A DNA stretch of 64,000 bases. Origin: Scyliorhinus canicula. Taxonomy: Eukaryota. Location: NCBI RefSeq assembly GCF_902713615.1, contig NC_052162.1, positions 53,629,990 to 53,693,989 on the forward strand. Reading direction: 5' to 3'. The position numbers and the translations under genes were made by a program. Below are positions 47,133-58,158 of this stretch, in pieces; within the stretch, counting starts at the first letter, position 1; the number at the start of each line of letters is the position of its first letter. The notes below the pieces were generated by a model that was not told the origin of the DNA, made no database searches, and was given only the letters and a program-made list of their open reading frames with translations.

Positions 47133-48754
47133 TAGACCAGGTCCCGCTGGTAAGGAACTAACTCCAATTTACGCCGGCGGGACCGGCATAGAACGGGTGG
47201 GACTTTGGCCCACCTTGGGCCGGAGAATCCAAACAGCCCCGGACCCCGCCATTCTCTGAGGCGGGTGGCGTGACTCACACCGGGCCGGTTTTTGTGGGGC
47301 GAGCGAATTTGGAGGACGGCGGGGGTGGGATTCACGCGACCCCCGGCGATTAACCCACCCGGCGGGGGGTCGGAGAGTTCCGTCCATTAAGTTTTAAAAT
47401 TGACCTGAGTTTTACATTTTAAATATGATACAGATCCTACAGATAGCTGAGAATGTAAAGAGAGTCTTGGACAGAATTGGCTGCAGGGGGTTTATCTGAG
47501 GAACAATGGAACTCTTCCTTGTGCTTCCAGACAAGATAATTCTAAACAAATCTAAAGACTGATCACCATCTCTGGTAAAGACAAAGGAACATAATGGCTA
47601 TCTAGGTATAAGACACAAGGTGTAATTGCCCAAACCTGTAAGTACACTTCACTTCAAATAAAAGACAGGGGTTAAAATCTAGCTGAGAGAATTTCCCAGG
47701 GTCTTTCTGTGTGTGCAAGCGATGAGAAAAGCAGCTGGGTGTTTGCCACATTGAAGGTGATATTTTAACCAAGGCAGGGCCCCTGCAGAAAGTCAGCTTC
47801 TGCAGGAACACCCAAAACTCTCTCTCCAACTGTGAAAGTCAATTAGCCAACAGAAGGACTGCAACTGAAACAATATCTGAAATCTCTCTACTGAACTACA
47901 GAACACCTGAACCGAGGAATCAACCACTGGAAACAACCTCTGTCATCTGGAACACATCATCATCTATTCCTCACAACTCAAGGACTGTTCCTTATAACTT
48001 TTTATTTATACTTACTTACTATTGGACTCAGATCTTATTTGCTATCCGTATGAACGTAGATGGATCTGTTTTACCATTTCTCCTTACCTTTTTAATTACT
48101 TACTGCATCTTACCTCAAGAAAGGCTGGCTAAATTGGCCCCTTTTTAAACATAACTATTGGGTCTGGAAAAGTTGACCAAGGGGAAGGGAAACTTGTTAT
48201 CTTAAACCAGAGGGTGGGTCAAATAAAGACACAGAGCCACTGTTTGTACAATTTGAGGGGTATCAAAGTGTTTGAAGAAGTATATTTGGTAGATTTTCCC
48301 TTTTTTTTTTCTCTTTGTCTTTGCTGACCCTGGAGATTTCAAATGCTGATTATGTGTTAATAAGTATGAACTTGTTTGAGTGATATCCCTCTTTCTACTG
48401 TTTTATTCCAAAAAGATTACTGGCTCACTAAAGTAACACAAGAAGGAATTTCAGTTGAACATATTGAGCATTGAGTATTGCCCCACAGCATGATTTTAAA
48501 GCTACAATGTTTTTGACAGCTTAGAACAATTGTGGATATTACCATAGTGATAGTAACTAGGCAACAGTATCTACATTGTAAGGCTCAGCATCAAGAATCC
48601 ACCTTCATGGTGAACAATTGAAAATAAATGAGAAAATCTTTTCCCATATCTTTGATATTTGATTTCTCTCATTTCTGTTCCCTGTTTAAGTTTTATGTGA
48701 TGATATTATTTGAAGGAACAATTTGTTGGAAATACCAAGTCAAAAGGCTCTCAT

Positions 48755-48960
48755 ACACACACACACACACACACAACATAATGCTCCACATGTGATAGAC
48801 TACACATATACAACACACGCCACAAAAACTACACACCACACACAACATGCAATGCATCATACAACACTGCACAATAAACATCAAGCAAAATACACTTCAA
48901 ATACACTGCACGCACACCATACAATATTCAACACACACTATACAATATACACACCACGGC
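48755..48960. repeat. (CA)n microsatellite and degenerate CA-rich low-complexity tract
   Basis: Pure ACACAC run at ~48755-48774 decaying into CA-rich sequence. Confidence 0.85.
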
Positions 48961-48991
48961 CAACATCACAAAAAATACTCATCGCCTGACA

Positions 48992-49472
48992 AATTAAAAA
49001 ATTTGTGGACGATACAAAATTTGGAAGTATTGTGAACTGTGAGACTAATAATATAGAACTTCAGAAAGACAACTGACAGGTGATAGAATAGGTGGACACG
49101 TGACAGTTGAAATTTAATGCAGAGATGCGTGAAGTGATTCATTTTGGTCAAAAGGACACAGAGAGACAATACAAAAGTATGTAATTCTAAAGGGGTTGCA
49201 GGAGTAGAGGGACTTGAGTGTATGTGTATGCAGAAACATTTAAGGTGGCAGAACAGGTTGAGAACGTGGAGAAAAATGGTATATGGCATCCTGGGCTTTA
49301 TATATATGGACATAGAGTGTAAAGGCAAGGAAGTTATATTGAACGTCTATAAAAAACTACTTTAGCCTCAGTGGGGTATTGCATTCAGTTCTGGGCACCA
49401 CGCTTCAGGAAGGATGTGAAGGCATTAGATAGAGTGCAGAAAAGATTCACTAGAATGGTTCCAAGGATAGTG
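48992..49472 (+). mobile_element. Degraded CR1 LINE fragment
   Basis: [29 protein letters not shown]. Confidence 0.82.
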
Positions 49473-49477
49473 AACTC

Positions 49478-51313
49478 GTTGTGTGGAAGGTCCATGATAA
49501 AGCTGAAGCTAATTTACAATTTGGCCAATGTGCCAAAATATTATGAAGCATTTCATCTATCACAGCATGATTTTTCTCACACAGATCATTACTGAATGGC
49601 CTTTTTGCAGCTGTATTCATAACTATTGTGTTCATGTTCTCACACATAACACATAATGAAATTCATCGTTAGAAAATTCCCCTCATTACCAGTGAGAAAC
49701 TTTGTCGGTGAACCCAGTCTGACCTCTATCCATTTTTCCCATTATCTGTTCCATCATTGTTTTCTTTACTACTTATAATCGCCGACTGACTAAACACAGT
49801 TGCCAAGTCTCCAAAGTGTAAAATGAAAATGTTCTTCTCTTTATCCCACACCTTAAGATCCATAGCCACAACTTCATTAAAATCTCTTGCGAAGGACATA
49901 CTCACTATGTGCCACGATGGTGTTTGTCTATATTTTTTACAACTTTCACATCTATCACTTGTCTTTTCTATAAGTTTGCTATATTCTTCATCTCTCATAC
50001 CCACATGCCTGTGCAAAATGTTTAATCTTTGGGAAGGCGGATAGCCAAACCGCCTGTTTTTTTCCAAATACTTGTTGGTTTCCATGTCAAGTTTCATATG
50101 TGCTTTCTTCATCAATGGTAGGCTGAATAATAAAGATATTTTGCTGGATACGACATCTGTGCTAATAAAATGATTGATTCTTTCTGGCAATTTGACAAGG
50201 AATCACTACTCTTTTCAGCGATTTAAGGGTATTATAATCCACAAATCTGAATATTATGGAACTTCCAAATTCTTTAATCTTGTTCCAATCTTTGTCACCT
50301 ATAGAGTCCAGGTAACATTTCAATCAGTCTCCTCCACATACTGTAGATGTACATCCGCAGCCTAATACAGCAGAAGGACTCTGTGACCAGCACATTCATC
50401 ACTGAACTGAAACTTCTCGTTGCTAAGACAATGCCTTCTCTTTGATTAATCTCTTCCTCTCCTTCCTCTGAGTCTCCTGCCTCATGTTTTATCACTATTG
50501 TATCACTGAGGACAATTTATTGCACAATGGAACTTTGACTCACACCTAAAACAACGATTAACCCTAAGGGTTACTGGGGTTAATTTTTCTGTTGAAATTT
50601 CCTAATTCATTCCTCCAGCCATTATTGTTAAAGGTGTTCCTGTCCTTGTTATTTTTAACTATAAATCTTCTTTCATGTTGACACTGACAAAATGTTCCTC
50701 GACCACCTTACCATCCCATTAACATTACGTCTTCCATAGTCTGTCTTATTGCCGATTGGCCCATTTGTGTTGTGATTGCTGCTGGAAAGGAATGTTTGCT
50801 CAGGAACTCTTTTAGAGCCTCTGACATTTGTTCTAACAGATTGTGTCTTTCCATACATGTAACTCCCATCAAAAGCAGAACTTTATTATTGAGCCGACCA
50901 TTGATGAAGAAAGCACATATGAAACTCGAAGATAAAGGAATTTCTACAGAATATTTGCAGCCTGGTATACAATCTGTTAAATTCCATTATATACTCTTTT
51001 ATGGAGGCACCTTCCGACTTTCTAAATTTGTCAAAATCTGACCAAGCCTCTTAGCACTTAATAAGTCGTCCTTTTGGTAAATCTTAACCATAAAAGTTAA
51101 TACTGTATCCAAACCTTCATCTGAGTTTAAATGCCCCAGTTCCAATTCTAAAAATACCTTCCATCTTATTTTGTTTTCATAAGGCAGCGAAAAAGCCAAG
51201 ATTATGTTTTTTTTCTTGTGCAAGAACGTTACACATGTCCACATGGTAAATTCATTCTTCAATTGGTCTACCCTTGGATTCAGCCATTTATATTCCAAGT
51301 TACTCAAAATCAT
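49478..51313 (-). mobile_element. Copia-like LTR retrotransposon internal remnant (gag, protease region, integrase)
   Basis: Minus strand: gag-like KNEFTMWTCVT...LNSDEGLDTVLTFM.KIYQKDDL; RFGYPPSQRL...CESC; FNEVVAMDLK; KFLTGNEGEFSN (degenerate DNGGEF); [16 protein letters not shown] (degenerate NG.CER). No RT between protease region and integrase. Confidence 0.62.
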
Positions 51314-51400
51314 TCTTCAGGTTAGGATTCAGAATATAGGCTGAGATTCAGCGGCCTCAGCATGCCCGGCTTGCTGTCGGGATGAGATAGTTGAATCTTG

Positions 51401-51953
51401 CGTCATGTGAGAGTACCTTTAAGAAATGGGTGTTTACCACTGCAGAGATGTCAGAGATTGGGTGGAGCTGGGCTGTATGTCAGCTTTTTACTTTTGTTTT
51501 AGGCTGTTTGCTGCAGGGTGTGTTTTAAGTTTCGTTTTCAGAGCTGGATAGCTGCAGTCACAGCCAGAAGGTGTATGAATCTTTCTCTGTAATCTAAAGA
51601 TTGTAAATTGATCCTGGTGATTTAAAACTAATAACAGTAGTGACTTTAACCTGATGTGCTTCTGGTAAAAGGTGTTTTAAATTGTATGGATGTTAAAAGG
51701 AAAGCTTAAAGGATTACTTACTGTTGTAGTCATTGTGGGTTGTATTCGAATTAATGGTTGCTAAGATGTTCACTATATGTTTTAAAAAGGTTAACTTGAG
51801 TTCATAGAATAAACATTGTTTTGCTTTAAAAAATACTTTTCCATTTCTGCTGTACCACACCTGTGTGCTCCCCATACCACAATCTAGTAAAGGTTGTGGT
51901 TCAGATGAACTCCATGATACACTTTGGGGTTCTCTAAACTCTGGCCCATATCA
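51401..51953 (+). mobile_element. Solo LTR of the Gmr1-like family, TSD CTTG
   Basis: Reverse complement of the 16631 and 22518 LTRs; CTTG at 51397-51400 and 51954-51957. Confidence 0.92.
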
Positions 51954-52481
51954 CTTGTAAGAGGCCTCGTGTGTGATTCACGACGCTCAAAAGGTCTCGC
52001 AAAATTCAACGGGATTTCGTGAGGCATCGCGATCTGGATCTAACACTCGCTGAGCGAGATCCAGATCTGCAAATTTAAAGCTAATTTAAATATGTGTTTC
52101 CCATATTCACCAGTGGCCCGGGAATCACCGGCCTAGACTGGTAGGCCTCGTCAGGGTGTGGTTTATTACTGGTCCACACAAACGTAGATCAGTCGTAACA
52201 GCACATGGGGGACCACAGGCAATCAGAGATAGGGCACCCTGGCACTCTCTCTGGCACCTCAGCATTTTGGCACTGTCACCTGGGCATCCTGGCAGAGATG
52301 ATTCTGCACCATCTCTTGCTCCTGCACATGTTTGGATACTCCAACTGCACCAGCAGGTACTGGATGCTCGGCGACAACCCCTCATGTTGTTCCTGGCTCT
52401 GCAACTGCATCTCCATAATCGATGGGACCATCTGTTCCAGAAGCCCAAAACCCGTCTGGACGGCAGCTGGTTTAAAAAAAA

Positions 52482-52690
52482 CATTTAATTCATTTTACGG
52501 GATGTGGGCATTGCTGGTTAGGCTAGCATCTATTGCCCATCCCTAGCTGCCCTTCAGAAAATGGTGTTGAGTTGCCTTCTTGAACAGCTGCAGTTCTTAA
52601 GATGTAGGTATACAAACTTCACTGTAAGGGAGAGCGTTCCAGGATGTTGCCCCAGCGGCAGTGAAGGAACGACGATATATTTCCAAGTTG
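52482..52690 (-). mobile_element. LINE-type 3' tail fragment; related degenerate copy on + at ~11170-11340
   Basis: Minus strand GCAGCTGTTCAAGAAGGCAACTCAACACC...GGGATGGGCAATAGATGC...CACATCCCGTAAAATGAATTAAA. Confidence 0.6.
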
Positions 52691-53020
52691 GGGGGGGGGG
52701 GGGGGGGGGAGCACATAGCACACACAGTGTCAGACAGTCAGATGCATGCAGCTCATGGGGTGGGTAACTGGTGGCCTCAGTGACCGGGCACCAGGCCATG
52801 GTGGCTGGTATGGGTATCGGCATGTGGCACAGGCTGAGGGTTCAGCCGCCTTCCAAGTGAGGGGGTGGTGGTTACGGGTGTGTGAGACAGGAGTTGGTGC
52901 TAAGGGCACAGTGCAGCTTACTCACCCTGGCCACCCGAGGCGTTTGTGCAGTTTCATCTGGCTTATCGGTCCGGAAGGTGTTGCCCATGGCACTGACCAC
53001 CTCGGCCACCTGTGTCCAGG

Positions 53021-54471
53021 TGTTGCTCGTTTTGATCCCAACAATGTCGCCAATACTGTTACTAATATTAATGATAATATTGGTGAACCCAAGCCTTATA
53101 TTGATCAAATGACCATACAACCAGTAAGTTAGTTCAAAAGATGGTTTATTTACAAACACAAGAGTTACCTCAACATGCAAACATAATGGGCGCAATTCTC
53201 CCAAAGGGAGACAAAGTGCCGACGCCGGAGTGAAAACCGGAGTGTTTCACTCCGGCGTCGGAGGCCGCTCCTCACCCCCTATTCTCCCACCCCCAGGGGG
53301 CTAGGAGCGGCGGCGCATCAATCTCGTGGGCCAGGCCTTGACGCCGCGTCAAAGCGGCGCCGCCTGAATGACGCGGCCGGCAGCGCCTGAATGACGTCAC
53401 CCGCGCATGCGCGGTTGCCGTCCTCCCCTCCGCTGCCCCGCAAGACATGGAGGATTGATCTTGCGGGGCAGCGGAGGGAAAAGAGTGCGTCTTTCAGAGA
53501 CTCCGGCCCGATGATCGGTGGGCAGCGATCGTGGGCCAGACCCCTCCTGAGAACCCCCCTGGTGCTCGATCCTCCCTCCGCTCCACACAGGCCCCACACA
53601 CAGCGGTCGCGCGCTGTTCACACCGGCAGCGACCAGGTGTGGTCGGTGCCGGCGTGAACCGGTCGTATTAGGCAGGCCACTCGGCCCATTTTCCGAGCGG
53701 CCTGTCGCAAAACACGACACGCCGTTTTGGGGGGGTGGGAGAATCGCGTACGGGTGCCAGGGCGGCATGGCATGAATCGCCCGGCACTCCCGCGATTCTC
53801 CCACCCGGCGTGGGGGTCGGAGAATTGCGCCCAATATCTACGACGAGTTAAACTACACCTATCAGCTACAATAACCTATTCTTAGCTTCAGGGCGACCGG
53901 CACTGTGCAAATGGATAAGGCCTTTATCTGGATTTCACTTGGCTGGTTCGAAGAAAGTGGCTCTGTCTCTGCTGGGCTCATCTATCAGGTAGCGATCGTT
54001 GGTCTTGAACTTGGCTGGCTGTTCCGGCTACAGTTGGGCTGGCACAGGCTGGATCCAAAAGAGACAGAACACATGGCTGTGCTCTCTTTTATCCCTCTGG
54101 GATTTTGCGCTCTTTGGGGCGGTCTTTAACCTTCAACCCAATAGTTTGACAGGGCTCTGATCACTGTCTTCGATTTCGGCCAATAACGGGGCGGGTGCCT
54201 TGGTGGCTGGTGGGGTCCTTAGAGGTCATTGACCTTGGCAGTTGGGCTTTCTGAGTCAAGGGAGTGGCGCCGATCAGTCTGTGGCTGTACCGGTTTCTTG
54301 ATTGGAGTTCTATTGTCCTGGGAAAATGGGTCATTAAAATGCAAACGAGCAGGGTTTCGATCAGGCTTGGTTACTTGTGTTTCAAATACACATAGGCTCT
54401 GTATCTGTCTGAGTCCTGGGTTGGCCATAATTCCCTTGGTCCTTTGCAGGTGGCCATCTTAGATGGCTACA
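53021..54471 (-). mobile_element. Solo LTR, TSD CAGG, containing a MITE
   Basis: Plus strand TGTTGCTCG...GATGGCTACA; CAGG at 53017-53020 and 54472-54475; AATAAA on the minus strand near 53150; splits the Myb exon. Confidence 0.85.
53188..53832. mobile_element. GC-rich Harbinger-type MITE (645 bp), perfect 14-bp TIR, TSD AAT
   Basis: GGGCGCAATTCTCC / GGAGAATTGCGCCC; AAT at 53185-53187 and 53833-53835. Confidence 0.93.
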
Positions 54472-54794
54472 CAGGCCAGGAAAATGGCAACAGCAGGCAG
54501 CCTCCTTCGCAACCCAGGCTACAAAGTCACCTACCTCTCCTCCATGGCATCTGAATCGGGGCACGCGTCTTGCTGTCATCTTGTTGGCTGGGATGGTGTG
54601 TGTGGGGAGTGCAGCGTGTATTTGTAGCTGCATCCTGTCAGCCTCCTGAGTGTCAATCCTGGGCCCGGCGAATCTCACATCATTTGTCATTGAATTAAAC
54701 TGTGTTCCACATGGTACTGGTGCTAGTCCCTGAACAGTCATTGAATCGGTCCAGGTGTGACTACAGTTTTGCTGTCGTAGAAGTCCACTCTTTA

Positions 54795-55048
54795 GTCTGT
54801 GTGGAGTCTGCACGTCCTCCCCCTGTGTGCGTGGGTTTCCTCCGGGTGCTCCGGTTTCCTCCCACAGTCCAAAGATGTGCGGGTTAGGTGGATTGGCCAT
54901 GCTAAATTGCCCGTAGTGTCCTAATAAAAGTAAGGTTAATGGTGTGGGGGGTTATGGGTTTAGGGTGGATACGTGGGTTGAGTAGGGTGATCATGGCTCG
55001 GCACAACATTGAGGGCCGAAGGGCCTGTTCTGTGCTGTACTGTTCTAT
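54795..55048 (+). mobile_element. 5'-truncated V-SINE (tail A)
   Basis: V-domain and tail match 37279-37630. Confidence 0.88.
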
Positions 55049-55327
55049 TACCAGATGTAAAGTTTCTGAGACTAATGGACATTGTGGACACATCCTCCAA
55101 TGAGGATGGAATGACTAGACGTTGAAGGAGGAGTAGAAGACAGAGAGGAGGAAGGGAACACGGGAGGCTCAGGATACTGTTTTTCATTCAGGAAGGGGAC
55201 ATAACAGCACCAGACCCCAAGAGTCAAGAGAACCCCTGAAACCCTCAGAGGAGGTGTAGACAATGTTATTCTTCCCAAGAGTATGCGATTCCTTGTGCCC
55301 TTCCTCAACCCTTTAATTCTTCGTAAT

Positions 55328-55665
55328 GGGTGCTATGGTAGCACAGTGGTTAGCACTGCTGCCTCACAGCACCAGGGACCCTGGTCAATTTCAGCCTTTG
55401 GTGACTGTCTGTATGCAGTTGTTCCCGTGTCTGCGTGGGTTTCCTCCGGGTGCTCCGGTTTCCTCCCATAGTCCGAAGATGTGCAGGTTAGGTGGATTGG
55501 CCATGATAAATTGCCCCTTCATGTCCAAAAAGGTTAGGTGGGATTACTGGGCGACGTGATAGGGTGGAGGTGTCGGCCCAGGTCAGGTGCTCTTTCCAGA
55601 GGGTTGGTGCAGACTCAATGGGTCAAATGCCCCACTGGTGCACTGTAGGGATTTTATGTTTCTAT
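55328..55665 (+). mobile_element. Older V-SINE (tail B)
   Basis: Head GGTAGCACAGTGGTTAGCACTGCTGCCTCACAGC, V-domain, degenerate tail. Confidence 0.85.
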
Positions 55666-55776
55666 CGTGCCCTAAACCTGCAGACACTAATTACACAGCC
55701 ACAACAATCAATAAGAACATCAGCATGAGGGAATGTGAGATTTGTGTTGAACCACAAGCTTAAAATATCTAACAAC

Positions 55777-56356
55777 TGTTATGGAACAGGGTTTAGAGAA
55801 CACCAAAGTATATCATGGAGTTCACCTGACCCACAACTTTTAATAGATTTTGGTTATGGGGAACACAAGAGCCCATTTTACAGGTGTGATGCAACAGAGA
55901 TCTTAAGTATTTTAAAACAAAACAATGTTTATTCGATGAATCCAGTTAATATTTTATAAACACCCAGTAAACAGTTTATCAACTACCAACACAAATAATC
56001 CCCACAGATACAATACTCGATAGGTAACCCTAAATAACTTTCCTAACAACATCCATAAGTCACATATCCTTTTTAGCAAGACAGTACGTTTGAATTCTCT
56101 ACAGAGAAATCAGGTATCATTTTTAAATTATCAAATGGTCTGGAGACATTCTTTAGCCTGCAGAGAGAGAATTTAAAATACACCTTCTTGCTTGAATGCA
56201 GCTCCCCAATGACCTAAAATGAAAGTAAAACATAAAGCAGCTTCCAGCTCAAAACAAAAGTAAAAGACAGAATCACATTCCAGCTCCACCCAAACAATGA
56301 CATTACATACAGCTATTTGATAAACACACTTTTCTCAAAGGGACCCTCACATGACA
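55777..56356 (-). mobile_element. Solo LTR of a sister Gmr1-like subfamily, TSD CAAC
   Basis: TGTTATGGAACAGGGTTTAGAGAAC...CTCACATGACA; CAAC at 55773-55776 and 56357-56360. Confidence 0.9.
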
Positions 56357-56399
56357 CAACATCAATGAATAAAAATCTCACCCGTGTGCCCTAATTCGT

Positions 56400-58158
56400 G
56401 ACTCATATGAATATTTACTCATCCTGTTCTGAGTGCTGTGGTGCAGTGCTCCCTCTTGCTTGCAGCAGCACTGGAGAGGAGTGTCTGATCTGCCACCTCC
56501 CTTGCCCAGGATGCCTTTGGCGGGTGTCCTCTGTGTGGCACTGGGCTCGAGCAGCCCACCGCTCGAGCAGAGTCTTGCTGAGTTGCACGCATTGTCACTT
56601 CAGTAGTCCTGTCTGTTGCAGTTGGACAGTCCCCCACCCCCCCTCCCTCCCCTGCCACCTCCGTCACTAGAACCGATTGGCCCTTCCTGTCAATCGGTGA
56701 GGTTCCAAGAGCTGGATGGGTGACCAACCTCCGAGTTGCCTTATTGCCCTGGGTCTGTGCCCTGAGCTGCGAGGCAGGGTGATGGTGTGCAGGTCAGAGC
56801 ACATCCCAACAATTGCATCTGCAATGCAATTGCAGACATCGAGGGCCTGTTCTGTGCTGTACTGTTCTATGTTCTATGTTCTAATGCATTCATTTCCCCC
56901 TCCAGGACAGTTACCAGTCACTTTATGGAAGAAACTTGGTGCTCTGAAGCATGGGTGATCACAGTGCTCATGGCCTGAATGGTCACTTCCAGAGTCTGAG
57001 CCGGAGGATGCAATCCCTATGTATGCCCGCCAAATCTTCACAGTCCTTGTACTGAACATCCAAGGGTTCCTCCTCTTCGGAGGAGGTGAAGGAGGGAGGT
57101 GCTGGTTGGCTTCTGATGCAGCTTGTATGAAGACGATTCTCCTGTAACAGAGAGAAAGTAGTAAGGGGGTAGTTGGGTATCTAATGACTTGATACATTAG
57201 CAATATTACATAATGCACATCAACTGTTTCACAGTCCGACATGAGTGATTAATCACTGGAGGCACAATGAACCCTTGAACAATGATCTGAAGCTTGAGTT
57301 CATGAAGCTTGTCAAGGTGCCAATATGTGAAGTCTGTTCACCAGACAGATTGCATCATTTCTGACCTCCGTTAAACTACCAATAGCCATCTCCTCTTATC
57401 AACCAGTCTGATACTTTGGCCATCTCAACAGGACTAGCCTTTCCTCCAATTTCAAGCTGCCTATACTCTTGGATAGGTTGGGCTCCAGCAGGGCCAGCAC
57501 TTGCTCCTCATAGGCATAAGGAGTTCCAGAGTGGGTAGACACCCACCTTTACGGACTTACTCATTGGAGTTGTGGGCTCACTTCCGAAGAGATTTGACAA
57601 AAGCGATTTCATAAAAACTTCAAACTATCGCTTGTGATGCCTCCAACCCATTAATACATCAGTGCAAGCCAACCTGAAGCCTATGCTCATGCGTCAGAAG
57701 GTGATCCTGCAAAACACCCTTTGTACAATAAAACCATTGCCTGAAATGCACAATGGCGTGGTCTAGGGCAGCTGTGTGCATATGGAATCATTCTGCTTTG
57801 GATGAGCAGTTAACCTCAATTACTTCCTGCATTCGCTGGCGATACCTGTATCACACTGGAAGAAGTTGGCTCATATTGATGCCACACTCACCCCGGCCAA
57901 CCCCATGAAGTCATTGAGCTGTTTGTGGCACTGAGTTTAAGTCCTGCTCGCCACATGCACACTGTTACCTTCTTCAATCATCTCCTCCCAAGCAGCACCA
58001 TTCTGGCTGCGTTTCCTTTTCTTGCCAAATGTTGGCATAAACTGGTCATGTTGATCCCATACTGCACACAGGAGGGCAACAAGGGCAGCCTTACTGAATC
58101 TAGGGGCAGCGTTGCCCCTTTTAGAACTCTCCTTCCCTTGCTCTGATGGTGAAGACAT
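56400..58158 (-). pseudogene. Divergent multi-exon Harbinger Myb/SANT gene remnant
   Basis: ORF 57937..58158 AAPRFSKAALVALLCAV...AAWEEMIEEGNSV..ASRT*TQCHKQLNDF, followed by a GTGAGT donor (~57892); downstream YEEQVLALL piece (~57500) and acceptor ctgttacAG (~57142). Confidence 0.62.

Larger units (their letters stand above)
51338..54790 (-). mobile_element. Harbinger-derived element with Myb/SANT remnant (ATG 54579) and three nested insertions; right end replaced by a SINE
   Basis: MTARRVPRF... then, across the LTR, WTQVAEVVSAMGNTFRTD..|GTGAGT; downstream piece AAVQTGFGLLEQMVPSI (52300-52470) also occurs at 33230-33380. Confidence 0.7.

Noticed and set aside
47590-48240. LTR-like composition (also ~58940-59245 and ~60760-60990)
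   Set aside because: Suggestive, but termini and TSDs could not be established.
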